Of a stretch of 64,000 bases of DNA, positions 30,977 to 40,404 are shown in pieces. Within the stretch, counting starts at the first letter, position 1, and the number at the start of each line of letters is the position of its first letter. The notes beneath the pieces were generated by a model. It ran no database searches. It worked only from the letters and a program-made list of their open reading frames with translations, and was not told the origin of the DNA. The translations under genes and the position numbers were made by a program. Origin of the DNA: a virus; IMG/VR virus record IMGVR_UViG_3300031521_000025, positions 32,001 through 96,000 of that record. One strand, 5' to 3'.

Positions 30977-31471
30977 ATGAATAGACCAATAGAAAGAATA
31001 GATTATTTTCTTGATAATATTGATTGGGTAAACCTAATTAGAAATATTTGGAAAATTGAAGGCGATTTAATTTTTCAACTTGAGGGGTTTGAATTGGAAA
31101 AATTCGCGAAAGAATTATCTCTTTGTAAAGAAGATATAAGAAAAAAATGGAGACAAGAAAGTGATTTAAGAATATCACAAGTGTTAATTACCAATAACTA
31201 CCTTCCTTACATACCAGGGTTTTGGTATGGACTTGAAGATTGGCAAATTTTATTAAAACAAGGAATAAATCCAAGAAATTTTTTACTTTGGGGAACTTTT
31301 GGAGTTAACAGAGATACATTTAAATGGATTTTAGTTAAAAACATGAGTTTTTCTCATATTAAAAACATTTTAAATGATTTTCAAAGCAAAAATCAACTAC
31401 TACATCCAGAATTTTTAAAAGCTTTCAAAGATGAATTAAAATATGACTTTAAAACCATTGAAAATGAATAA
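30977..31471 (+). CDS. Hypothetical protein
   Basis: ORF; MNRPIERID...DLRISQVL motif; function unknown. Confidence 0.6.
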   Translation: MNRPIERIDYFLDNIDWVNLIRNIWKIEGDLIFQLEGFELEKFAKELSLCKEDIRKKWRQESDLRISQVLITNNYLPYIPGFWYGLEDWQILLKQGINPRNFLLWGTFGVNRDTFKWILVKNMSFSHIKNILNDFQSKNQLLHPEFLKAFKDELKYDFKTIENE

Positions 31472-32003
31472 AAAAGTCACATTACATGATAAAAATTTTG
31501 TCTTATTTAAGACACAAGATCAAATAAACAATACAATAAAGAAAATTGCAACAAGTATAAACAGTATGAACCCTATTAATTCAGTGTTTATCCCTGTTTT
31601 AAACGGTTCTTTTATGTTTACAAGTGATTTGTGTAAAGAACTAAAAATACTTCCGGAAATTCAATTTATTAAAGTCAAATCTTATGAAGATTTTGAATCA
31701 TCTGGCAAGGTTACTGAATTAATAGGCTTAAAAGATTCTTTAGAAGGAAAAACTGTTTTTATTATTGAAGATATAGTTGATACTGGTATAACAATATCAA
31801 ATCTTTATAATAAAATTAAACTTATGAATCCTAAAGAAATTTATGTAGTTACTTTATTGTTTAAACCAGATAAATATAATGGAGGTCTTGATATAAACAT
31901 TTTATATGGTTTTTCAATTGCAAATGATTTTGTGGTTGGTTATGGAATGGATTATAATGAACTCGGTAGAAATCTTAAAGAAATTTATGTTTTAAAAGAA
32001 TAA
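31464..32003 (+). CDS. hpt: Hypoxanthine-guanine phosphoribosyltransferase
   Basis: VLNGSFMF, KSY, PRPP-binding IIEDIVDTGIT, FVVGYGMDYNELGRNL; start revised to 31464. Confidence 0.92.
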   Translation: MNKKVTLHDKNFVLFKTQDQINNTIKKIATSINSMNPINSVFIPVLNGSFMFTSDLCKELKILPEIQFIKVKSYEDFESSGKVTELIGLKDSLEGKTVFIIEDIVDTGITISNLYNKIKLMNPKEIYVVTLLFKPDKYNGGLDINILYGFSIANDFVVGYGMDYNELGRNLKEIYVLKE

Positions 32004-32051
32004 AACATAAAAAAAGAGTTAAATTTGATTTTAACTCTTTTTTTATGTTTT
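32002..32051. terminator. Bidirectional terminator between convergent genes
   Basis: AAAACATAAAAAAAGAGTTAAA ... TTTAACTCTTTTTTTATGTTTT. Confidence 0.8.
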
Positions 32052-32631
32052 ATCTTACTCTTTTTGTTTTTTTAATGGTTTTATTAATGTAGCCTTTGCC
32101 TGTAATATATGCGTCAGAACAGTCTAAAACAAAATCTTCATATACTGTTTTTCCTTTATCTTTTCCTCTAGTTACTACCCTAGTTGGAAAATAGCTTTCT
32201 CCTAATTCAGCCAAAACATAAGCAAACATCTGCTCTTTTTGTTTCACTCCTGTGTTTTTTTTCATTATAGCGGTAGGAAATGCATATTTTCTTGAATCAG
32301 TTACAGTCATTGTATCAATCTTTAATCCAAGCTTATAACAGATTAATTGATAGCCAAAATTAGCTTGACTTAATGTAGTGGTAGTTTTAGAAGAACTATT
32401 CCCTCCAAACATCGCAACAAAAGCTTCTTCAATTACAACTTCGTCAATTTCGCTATGTCTTACAAGAATATCTTCTTTCAACCACTTTTCAAACTCTAAT
32501 ACTTTTTCTAATAAAGTATCTTTTTGAGGAACAGACCAGTGACTAATTTCAATTAATTCACATGTTTCTTTACTCCATATACAAAACCCCACAGTTTTCG
32601 TAGAAGCATCCAGACTCAATAATTTTTTCAT
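32050..32631 (-). CDS. RuvC-like Holliday junction resolvase
   Basis: LLSLDASTKTVGF, VVIEE, DCSDAY acidic catalytic pattern. Confidence 0.75.
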   Translation of the reverse strand: MKKLLSLDASTKTVGFCIWSKETCELIEISHWSVPQKDTLLEKVLEFEKWLKEDILVRHSEIDEVVIEEAFVAMFGGNSSSKTTTTLSQANFGYQLICYKLGLKIDTMTVTDSRKYAFPTAIMKKNTGVKQKEQMFAYVLAELGESYFPTRVVTRGKDKGKTVYEDFVLDCSDAYITGKGYINKTIKKTKRVR

Positions 32632-32698
32632 AATTTTAATGTTTTATCTATAAAATAAGAAAAAATAAGTGTATTTAGAAATAAATAACTAATATCTA

Positions 32699-32947
32699 AT
32701 GAACCTTAAAGGAAGTTATATCAATTTAGGAGAAACACCTACAGAAAGATTAAGAAATAAACTTAATCCAATTTTACATATAATAGATATGCTTCAAAGT
32801 GGGGATACAGACACTGAAGATGTTAAATTTATGATAACTCAAGCAAAGAGAGTTGATATAGATGAAATTGTAACATATATTGAAGATTGCGAAACTTTAA
32901 TATACGATGATGTTAAAAAACCTTGGGAAGACCTTATAAAAAAATAA
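32699..32947 (+). CDS. Hypothetical protein
   Basis: 82-aa ORF with upstream GTATTTAG. Confidence 0.55.
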   Translation: MNLKGSYINLGETPTERLRNKLNPILHIIDMLQSGDTDTEDVKFMITQAKRVDIDEIVTYIEDCETLIYDDVKKPWEDLIKK

Positions 32948-33116
32948 TTCATTTTTCTTTTTTGCAATAATTTTATTACCACATTGTTATAAACTTTTGT
33001 GTTTGTATTTACATGCTTTAGTTATAAATTAAAAAGTTTTTTACTATTTATTTTTACTTTATTTAGAAAAAAAAACTTATATTTAAAACATAATTATTAT
33101 AAACCAATAAATAAAA

Positions 33117-34277
33117 ATGTATAGTCATAACAATGTATTAAAAAATGCGATTCAATACTTCAATGGAGATGAATTAGCAGCTACTGTTTGGATGAACAAA
33201 TATTGTTTGAAAAACAACAATGGAGATTTTTTAGAAAAGTCCCCAGAGGATATGCACAAAAGACTTGCTAAAGAATTTGCAAGAATTGAAAAGAAATATC
33301 CAAACCCTATGTCAGAGGAAAAAATATTTGAATTAATTAATCGTTTTGATTATATTGTTCCTCAAGGCAGTCCAATGTCTGGTATAGGAAATAATCATAA
33401 AATTCAATCTATTTCAAATTGTTTTGTTATCAAAAACCCTTATGATTCTTATGCAGGGATATTTAAAACAGAGCAAGAAATGGTTCAATTAATGAAACGT
33501 AGAGGCGGAGTTGGGTTTAGTATACATTCTTTAAGACCTAAAGAAATGCCGACAAGCTCTGTTTCAGAAAAAAGTTCAGGAATTGTATTATTTTCAGAAA
33601 GATTTAGTAATGGAACAAGAGAAGTTGCTCAAGATGGAAGAAGAGGAGCTCTAATGTTAAGTTGTAGAGTTGATCATCCAGATATTGAAAGTTTTATAGA
33701 TGCTAAATTAGATTTAAAGAAAATTACAGGAGCAAATGTATCTATAATGATTACGGATGCTTTTATGGAAGCTGTAAAAGTTGATGGAGAATACGAATTA
33801 ACTTTCATAGGAGAAAAAGGATCAATCTCAAAGAAAATTAAAGCAAAGAAAGTTTGGGATAAAATAATGTTTAATGCGCATAAAAGTGCAGAACCAGGAA
33901 TTCTTTTTATGGATACTATTCATAATGAATCTCCTGTTAAAAATTACGGAGAAGAATGGGTAGAAACTTCCACTAACCCCTGTGTTACTGGAGATACAAT
34001 TGTAAAGACTTTAAATGGTGACTTAACTATAAAAGAAATTTTTGATAATAAAATTTTAGCAGATATTTATTCTTATAACACAGAAACTGAAAAAATAGAA
34101 GTTGATAAAATAGAAAATGTTTATTTAACTAGAAAAAACGCTAATGTTATAGAATTAGAATTAGATAATGGAGAAAGTATAAAATTAACCCCAGATCACA
34201 AAGTTTATACAAAAAACAGAGGCTGGACCCCTGCAGGTGTTTTAACAACAGAAGATATTTTATTAAAAATTGAGTAG
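33117..34277 (+). CDS. nrdJ: Class II (B12-dependent) ribonucleotide reductase, N-extein (288 aa) fused to N-intein
   Basis: SISNCFV, KRRGGVG, QDGRRGALM, ITGANVS, SAEPG, then STNP|CVTGDT where the intein begins. Confidence 0.92.
   Translation: MYSHNNVLKNAIQYFNGDELAATVWMNKYCLKNNNGDFLEKSPEDMHKRLAKEFARIEKKYPNPMSEEKIFELINRFDYIVPQGSPMSGIGNNHKIQSISNCFVIKNPYDSYAGIFKTEQEMVQLMKRRGGVGFSIHSLRPKEMPTSSVSEKSSGIVLFSERFSNGTREVAQDGRRGALMLSCRVDHPDIESFIDAKLDLKKITGANVSIMITDAFMEAVKVDGEYELTFIGEKGSISKKIKAKKVWDKIMFNAHKSAEPGILFMDTIHNESPVKNYGEEWVETSTNPCVTGDTIVKTLNGDLTIKEIFDNKILADIYSYNTETEKIEVDKIENVYLTRKNANVIELELDNGESIKLTPDHKVYTKNRGWTPAGVLTTEDILLKIE
33981..34274 (+). mobile_element. Split intein N-half (98 aa) in nrdJ
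   Basis: Block A CVTGDT, block B IKLTPDHKVYTKNRGW; followed by a stop codon. Confidence 0.92.
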
Positions 34278-34286
34278 AAATCCGTG

Positions 34287-34334
34287 CCGATTCTATATTT
34301 AAATAAAAAGAAAATATGGAAAATATAGAATCGG
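34287..34334 (+). promoter_or_regulatory. 14-bp perfect hairpin enclosing the endonuclease start codon
   Basis: CCGATTCTATATTT (34287-34300) / AAATATAGAATCGG (34321-34334); ATG 34316 lies in the loop; TATTTAAA (34296-34303) overlaps the 5' arm. Confidence 0.8.
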
Positions 34335-35113
34335 TAAAATCTTTATTAGAAGAAATTCAAAAAAGAGTTTTTTTAACAACAAGTACTTTAGTAAGGGTAG
34401 ATAAAAACGGAAAAACAGTTAGAGTGGGTTGTGTAGCTCACGATGAAAAGAAAATAAAAGAAGATCCTCGTTACAAAACAACAAAAGATTGGTTATATTA
34501 CAAATATATAAAAGAAGAATATAGTAGAAATTATTTAATTAAAGAATATAACTTAAAAGTTTCTTTATCTGTTTTTAAAAAAATATTTGAAATATTTGAA
34601 ATTCCTGCAAGATGTTTAGGTACTGTTACTAATAGAACAAAAAGCCTAAGAAGTGAAAAGTCAAAAAAAGAATATGAAAAAAAAACTGGTTGGTGGGATA
34701 AAAAAGTATTTAGAGTTAATAAAGAATATAGCGGTAGAGGAATTCAAGGTTATTATTTTAACAAATCACTTCAAAAATTTGTATGGCTGCGAAGCTCTTA
34801 CGAATATATTTACGCTAAGTGGTTAGATAATAATAACTGGGAGTGGGATGTAGAATTTAAAAGATACGAAGTAAAAGATAAAATTTATAGACCTGATTTT
34901 TTTATTTTCAACAATGGTGTTTTAAAAAAAATAGTTGAAATAAAAGGTTATTGGAATAATACAAGTTGGAAAGTAGAAGAATTAAATAAAATATTAAAAA
35001 TTGATGTTGCAATTATCAACAAAGAGGAAATTAAAAATTATACAATTAATGTTAGAAAAGATATAAAAGAATGGAAGGAAATAAGATTAAAGAAATTAGA
35101 ATTAAAAAAATAA
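34316..35113 (+). CDS. Free-standing putative homing endonuclease, PD-(D/E)xK type
   Basis: LRSSYE, YRPDFFI, IVEIKGYW; basic N-terminal region; sits between the intein halves. Confidence 0.75.
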   Translation: MENIESVKSLLEEIQKRVFLTTSTLVRVDKNGKTVRVGCVAHDEKKIKEDPRYKTTKDWLYYKYIKEEYSRNYLIKEYNLKVSLSVFKKIFEIFEIPARCLGTVTNRTKSLRSEKSKKEYEKKTGWWDKKVFRVNKEYSGRGIQGYYFNKSLQKFVWLRSSYEYIYAKWLDNNNWEWDVEFKRYEVKDKIYRPDFFIFNNGVLKKIVEIKGYWNNTSWKVEELNKILKIDVAIINKEEIKNYTINVRKDIKEWKEIRLKKLELKK

Positions 35114-35196
35114 ACATAATTCAAAACGAAGATGTTTATGATATTACAGTTAAAAAAAATCATAATTTTTTTGCAAATGGTTTGTTAATTCATAAT
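35071..35196 (+). mobile_element. Split intein C-half (42 aa) in nrdJ
   Basis: VYDITVKKNHNFFANGLLIHN followed by Cys+1. Confidence 0.93.
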
Positions 35197-36813
35197 TGCG
35201 GAGAAATCCCACTGTGTGAGTTTGATTCTTGCAGGTTATTATCTCTTAATTTATTTGGATACGTAGTTAATCCTTTTACACCTGAAGCATATTTTGATTT
35301 TGAATTATTCAAAGAACATGTTAATTATGGTCAAAGAATGATGGATGATATTGTTGATCTTGAGTTAGAAAAAATAGATATCATTTTAAATAAAATTGAA
35401 AACGACAAAGATGATGAAATTCTAAAACAAGTCGAAAGAGATTTATGGACAAATATTAAAAGAAAAGCAATATTAGGCAGAAGAACAGGTTTTGGGATAA
35501 CAGCCGAAGGTGATATGCTTGCTGCTTTAAATATTCGTTATGGAACTCCAGCCGCTACAATTTTTTCAATTGAAGTACATAAAACTTTAGCAATTTATAG
35601 TTACAAAACTAGTATAGATCTTGCAGAAGAAAGAGGTTGTTTTCCTATTTGGGATAAAGAAGTAGATGTAAAAAGTAATTACATTCAAAGAATTTTGCCA
35701 GAATTAAAACAAATAGGATATGAAGAAAAATATTTTAAATTTGGTAGAAGAAATGTAGCAAATCTTACAATTGCTCCTGCAGGATCTGTATCTTTATTAA
35801 CAAGAACTACTTCTGGAGTAGAACCTGCGTTTATGATTTCTTATAAAAGAAGAAAAAAAATAAACCCTGAAGATGAAGGTGTAAAAGTTAATTTTGTTGA
35901 TGTAAACGGTGACGCTTGGGAAGAGTATAATGTTTTTCATCCTAAATTTAGTTTATGGGCTAAAGTAAATGGATATGATACAGATTATATTAAAACATTA
36001 CCTCAGAGCGAATTAGATAAAATTATTGAAAAATCTCCTTATTATAAAGCAACTTCTGCTGATGTTGATTGGGTAGAAAAAGTTAAGATGCAAGGAGCTA
36101 TTCAAAAATGGATAGATCATTCAATTAGTGTTACTGTAAATATCCCAAAAGAAACTACTGTTGAAACTGTAAATAAAATTTACACTGCAGCTTGGGAATC
36201 TGGCTGTAAAGGAATGACTATTTATAGAGATGGAAGTAGAAGTGGAGTAATGATTTCAAATGACGAACAAGATAGTAAATTTGAATATGTTGATTCTGCT
36301 AAAAGACCTAAAGAATTAGAATGCGACATTCATCACTTATCAGCATTAGGCAGCAAATGGATTGTATTAATTGGATTACATGAAAATAAACCTTATGAAA
36401 TTTTTGCACTTAAAGATGTCCAAGATAATGTTGAATTTGCAAAAAACTATACTAAAGGTAAAATTGTAAGAAGAAAAAAAGGTGTTTATGATTTAGTAAG
36501 TATAAAAGATCAAGTTTTACTAAAAGATATTGCTTCTTATTTTGAAACTGATGACGAAAGAGCTTCAACCAGAAGATATTCTTTAATGTTAAGACATAGA
36601 ATACATCCTAAATATATTGTTTTTCAAGCAGAAGAAGAACCAGGATCTATTGTAGCTTTCAACAAAGCAATTGCTAGAACTTTAAAAAAATATTTAACTG
36701 AAGAAGATTTAAAATCTGTAGGAAAAGTATGTAAAGAATGTGGTTCTGAAAACTTAGCTATACAAGAAGGTTGTTTAGTTTGCTTAAATTGTGGAAGCTC
36801 TAAATGCGGATGA
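35071..36813 (+). CDS. nrdJ: C-intein fused to class II RNR C-extein
   Basis: ...LIHN|CGEIPL restores NPCGE; RRTGFG, TIAPAGS, TTSGVEP, SISVTVN, CKGMTIYRDGSR, C-terminal Cys cluster. Confidence 0.92.
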   Translation: MEGNKIKEIRIKKINIIQNEDVYDITVKKNHNFFANGLLIHNCGEIPLCEFDSCRLLSLNLFGYVVNPFTPEAYFDFELFKEHVNYGQRMMDDIVDLELEKIDIILNKIENDKDDEILKQVERDLWTNIKRKAILGRRTGFGITAEGDMLAALNIRYGTPAATIFSIEVHKTLAIYSYKTSIDLAEERGCFPIWDKEVDVKSNYIQRILPELKQIGYEEKYFKFGRRNVANLTIAPAGSVSLLTRTTSGVEPAFMISYKRRKKINPEDEGVKVNFVDVNGDAWEEYNVFHPKFSLWAKVNGYDTDYIKTLPQSELDKIIEKSPYYKATSADVDWVEKVKMQGAIQKWIDHSISVTVNIPKETTVETVNKIYTAAWESGCKGMTIYRDGSRSGVMISNDEQDSKFEYVDSAKRPKELECDIHHLSALGSKWIVLIGLHENKPYEIFALKDVQDNVEFAKNYTKGKIVRRKKGVYDLVSIKDQVLLKDIASYFETDDERASTRRYSLMLRHRIHPKYIVFQAEEEPGSIVAFNKAIARTLKKYLTEEDLKSVGKVCKECGSENLAIQEGCLVCLNCGSSKCG

Positions 36814-36835
36814 TAATTTTCAAATTACAATAAAG

Positions 36836-36875
36836 AAAACCCTTAAATAAAATAAAAATATTTAAGGGTTTTTTG
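36836..36875 (+). terminator. Intrinsic terminator after nrdJ
   Basis: AAAACCCTTAAATA ... TATTTAAGGGTTTTTT. Confidence 0.7.
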
Positions 36876-36901
36876 TTTTATTTCTTATATTAATAATAAA
36901 A

Positions 36902-37090
36902 ATGAAAAAGATAAATGTTGCAAGATTAGAACTTTGTTTAGAGTCGAAAAGTGTATCTCCTGAAATGAAAAATATTATTACAATAGCTGTAACTAATTTT
37001 ATTTCTGTAAATTGTGGCGATGTAGCTCAAACGTCACATATTCAAAATTATATGCTTTTAGACGATTTAGGTTTATTAATAGAATATTAA
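36902..37090 (+). CDS. Hypothetical protein
   Basis: Short ORF with CTTATATTAA upstream. Confidence 0.5.
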   Translation: MKKINVARLELCLESKSVSPEMKNIITIAVTNFISVNCGDVAQTSHIQNYMLLDDLGLLIEY

Positions 37091-37095
37091 AAAAA

Positions 37096-37275
37096 ATGAA
37101 AATGAAAAAGAAAAATACACTTTGGTTGCATAATCATGCTGGAGACGAAGCTTTTTTAGGTTTAGGTAAAGATCATGTTATTGTTGACAGAGAAGATTGG
37201 GAACAAGCACTTTCTTATAGAAAAATAATTGAAGAAATTGAAGAAATAATGGAAGAAAAGTTAAAAAAAGTGTAA
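37096..37275 (+). CDS. Hypothetical protein
   Basis: Start revised to ATG 37096 to avoid overlap. Confidence 0.5.
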   Translation: MKMKKKNTLWLHNHAGDEAFLGLGKDHVIVDREDWEQALSYRKIIEEIEEIMEEKLKKV

Positions 37276-37328
37276 AAAAAAACTTATATTAATATTAGAA
37301 AAAAGTAATTAATAAAAAAAATAAAAAA

Positions 37329-38126
37329 ATGAAAACATTTGGAATTTTAAGCATTAGTGGAGGGATGGATTCTACCGCACTACTAATAAACATGTTGGAG
37401 AAAAACATGGATGTTAGATGTCTTTCGTTCAATTATGGACAAAAACATAAAGTTGAACTTGAAAGAATTAAAAAAAATATTGAATATCTTAAATCTAAAG
37501 GATTTAATGTTGAACATAATGTTGTTGATATTTCTATTTTAGGTAAACTTTACAATTCTGCTTTAACAACAGAAGGTGTTGCTGTACCTGAAGGTCACTA
37601 TGCTGAAGAAAATATGAAAGCAACAGTAGTTCCTAACAGAAATGCAATTTTTAGTTCTATGGTTTACGGTTACGCTTTATCTCTTGTAAAAGATGAAGAC
37701 GGAGGTCAAGCATATATAGCTTTAGGTATTCATTCAGGTGATCATGATATTTATCCAGATTGTAGAGCAGAATTTAGAGATGCTTTAGAATATGCATTTA
37801 AAATTGGCAACTGGGATTCAGAAAAAGTAGAATACTATACACCGTATATCGATGGAGATAAATTTAGCATTCTTCAAGAAGCTGAAGTAAATTGCAAAAA
37901 ACTAGGACTTGATTTTCAAGTAATTTTCGGAAATACAAATACTTGTTATAACCCTAATAGCAATGGAGAATCATGCGGAAAATGTGGTTCTTGTCAAGAG
38001 CGTTTATTAGCTTTCAACAAACTAGGATATAAAGATCCTGTAACATATTCTTCTGATTATAACGAGTTAATTACAAACGTTTTAAAGTCGGAAGAAAATT
38101 TTAAAAATTCACAAAAAAAAGCATAA
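37329..38126 (+). CDS. queC: 7-cyano-7-deazaguanine synthase
   Basis: SGGMDS PP-loop, FNYGQKH, VPNRNAIF, YPDCR, TCY...CGKCGSC zinc site. Confidence 0.93.
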   Translation: MKTFGILSISGGMDSTALLINMLEKNMDVRCLSFNYGQKHKVELERIKKNIEYLKSKGFNVEHNVVDISILGKLYNSALTTEGVAVPEGHYAEENMKATVVPNRNAIFSSMVYGYALSLVKDEDGGQAYIALGIHSGDHDIYPDCRAEFRDALEYAFKIGNWDSEKVEYYTPYIDGDKFSILQEAEVNCKKLGLDFQVIFGNTNTCYNPNSNGESCGKCGSCQERLLAFNKLGYKDPVTYSSDYNELITNVLKSEENFKNSQKKA

Positions 38127-38222
38127 ATTTTCGAGAGTTTTCTGAAAATTCTCATATTTATAATAAATAAAGTAATGGTTCCGGGTAACCTATTTAGTAT
38201 TAATTAAAAAACAAAAAAAACA

Positions 38223-39062
38223 ATGACAAACGCAGCAACAAAATTGCAAGAGACGTTATCACGTCTAAACAAAATGACCAGTCAAAAAAAAGGTAGTGGA
38301 ACTGGCAAAAAAATCAATTATTGGAAACCAAAACAAGGTAAAAATGAATTAATCGTTTTACCGTTCGCAGCTTTAGGTGATCCGTTTTTCGAATGGGGAG
38401 AACACAAAGGTCTTTTAGAGCCTTCTTATTTATCAATCCCTTGTGCACAACATTTTGATGGTAGTCCATGTCCAATTTGTGAGGTTGTAAAAGATCTTAA
38501 AAAAGCGGATTGGAAAGGAAATAAAGAAATGTGGGCTCCAATCGAAACAAAAGTTCGCTATTATTCACCTGTAGTTGATTTAGCTAATATTGAAGCAGGT
38601 ATTCAATGGTTTAGTTACGGAAAAACAGTGTTAAGTCAATTCCAAACTTGGCTTGTAAATCTTGAAGAAGATGAACTTCCTTTTTACAGTGTTGAAAATC
38701 CTGAAAAAATTATTGTTAACTATGATAAAGAAGCTGATGCTGCTTTAAAATATAAGTTAGACAAAAAAGCTATCAAAAAACTTCCTGAAGGTTTAGATCT
38801 TGAAGAACTAGTTGAAGGTATGGAAGATTTAGGTGCACTTTTAAATCAATACAAAAGAGATGATAATGCATTAGCTCAAATTGTTGATGATTATTTAAAA
38901 GTATTTGCTGAATCTCTTTCTGATGATGATGAAGAAGAAGAAAAAACAACTGAAACTCCTGAAGTAAAAGAAACATCAGAAAGTAATGATGATGACGATG
39001 ATGACGACGATAAAGATGTTGATGACACTCCAAAGTTGAAATCTCTTAAGAAAAAACAATAA
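38223..39062 (+). CDS. Single-stranded DNA-binding protein (gp32-like)
   Basis: YWKPKQG, C...CPICE, WFSYGK, long acidic C-tail; directly upstream of recA. Confidence 0.75.
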   Translation: MTNAATKLQETLSRLNKMTSQKKGSGTGKKINYWKPKQGKNELIVLPFAALGDPFFEWGEHKGLLEPSYLSIPCAQHFDGSPCPICEVVKDLKKADWKGNKEMWAPIETKVRYYSPVVDLANIEAGIQWFSYGKTVLSQFQTWLVNLEEDELPFYSVENPEKIIVNYDKEADAALKYKLDKKAIKKLPEGLDLEELVEGMEDLGALLNQYKRDDNALAQIVDDYLKVFAESLSDDDEEEEKTTETPEVKETSESNDDDDDDDDKDVDDTPKLKSLKKKQ

Positions 39063-39071
39063 CAACTCTTT

Positions 39072-39105
39072 AAAAAAGAGAGAATTTACTTCTCTCTTTT
39101 TTTTT
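39072..39105 (+). terminator. Intrinsic terminator
   Basis: AAAAAAGAGAGAA ... TTCTCTCTTTTTTTTT. Confidence 0.7.
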
Positions 39106-39141
39106 ACAATTCAAACAAATTTTAATCTAATATAATTAAAA

Positions 39142-40401
39142 ATGGCAAAAGAAAATAAAGTTGTCGTAGACGATATCTTTGCAAAATTAATAGCTGAACA
39201 AAACAGTATTTCTCCAGGAGCAGCTGTTGCAGGCGATGAAATGTTCGCTGCAGTAAAAATTTGGATCCCAACAGGTTCTACAATTTTGGATACTATTATA
39301 GCTAACAAACCAGGTGGTGGTTGGCCTGCTGGAAGAACTGTTGAAATATATGGACAAGAATCTATTGGAAAATCTACATTAGTTTTTTCAGGATTAGCAA
39401 ACGTTCAAAAAATGGGAGGTATTGCTATGTATTTTGATGTTGAGCAAGCAGGTTCTCAAGAAATGATGGAAAATAATGGAGTAGATTTAAGTAGGTTAAT
39501 TGTTTCTAAATTAACTTCTATTGAAGAGATTTTTAAAGTTTTAGAAAAAAACCTTCAAACAATTATTAACACTAAATCATATAAAGATAAACCTGTTCTT
39601 GTTTGTATGGATTCATTAGCTCAAATGACTACGGATGCAGAATTGGAAGCGGATTATGATTTTAATATGAATATTAATCTTAAAAAAGCAGTTCAAATTG
39701 GAAAAGCTTTAAGAAAGATAACTCCATATTTAAATGAAGCAAATGCTTGTTTAATCATTATCAACCAGTTACGCGATATGCCTGGGACGACATATGGAGA
39801 TCCTACCACCACGCCAGGGGGTAAAGCCCTCAAGTTTGCTGCGTCTGTTCGCATAAAATTAATGGGAAAAACCCCCGTTCGTGTTTTAGATCCTATTACA
39901 CAAGAGATTTATGACAATGCTGTAGAAGAATGGTATAATGAATGTGAAATTTGGAAAGAAAATGGCGGAGGGAAAACTGGAGCGAAAAAACCAGCAAAAC
40001 CAAAGAAAACAGATTTTAAAGGAAGTGAAGTAACTGTTGGAAATGATGTTACAGCAACTCTTGTTAAGAATAAAGTAGGACCTCCAAATAGAGAAGCAGA
40101 GTTTAGAATTATCTTTACTGAAGGTATTATTGAAGAAGAAGCATGGTTTGATTATGCTACAAAATTCAAAATTATTGAAAATGAAAATGCTTTTACTTAT
40201 AAGTTTTCTGAAAAAAGTAAAATTGTTTTTGAAAATGAATTAGGCCCAATTCTTTTTAAAAGAGATGAATGGTTGGAGAACGTAATGGTGGATGTTGACA
40301 TTAGAGAACAAGTAAAAAACCAAATTGTTAAAATGTTAACACAATCAACTAAAGGAGCTAAAGCAGCACCTGCTAAATTAGGCGAAGAAGACGAGGAATA
40401 A
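39142..40401 (+). CDS. recA: RecA/UvsX recombinase
   Basis: IPTGS, Walker A EIYGQESIGKST, DSLA, IINQLR, TTPGGKALKFAASVRI, VKNKVGPP. Confidence 0.95.
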   Translation: MAKENKVVVDDIFAKLIAEQNSISPGAAVAGDEMFAAVKIWIPTGSTILDTIIANKPGGGWPAGRTVEIYGQESIGKSTLVFSGLANVQKMGGIAMYFDVEQAGSQEMMENNGVDLSRLIVSKLTSIEEIFKVLEKNLQTIINTKSYKDKPVLVCMDSLAQMTTDAELEADYDFNMNINLKKAVQIGKALRKITPYLNEANACLIIINQLRDMPGTTYGDPTTTPGGKALKFAASVRIKLMGKTPVRVLDPITQEIYDNAVEEWYNECEIWKENGGGKTGAKKPAKPKKTDFKGSEVTVGNDVTATLVKNKVGPPNREAEFRIIFTEGIIEEEAWFDYATKFKIIENENAFTYKFSEKSKIVFENELGPILFKRDEWLENVMVDVDIREQVKNQIVKMLTQSTKGAKAAPAKLGEEDEE

Positions 40402-40404
40402 GCT

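Noticed and set aside
34278-35070. Group I intron as the explanation for the nrdJ, dnaB and dnaE interruptions
   Set aside because: Both flanks carry protein-splicing motifs, and the non-coding spacers are only tens of nucleotides, too short for a ribozyme core.
39870-40025. Intein in RecA
   Set aside because: The insertion is only ~45 aa and has no N-terminal Cys/Ser block or HN terminus.
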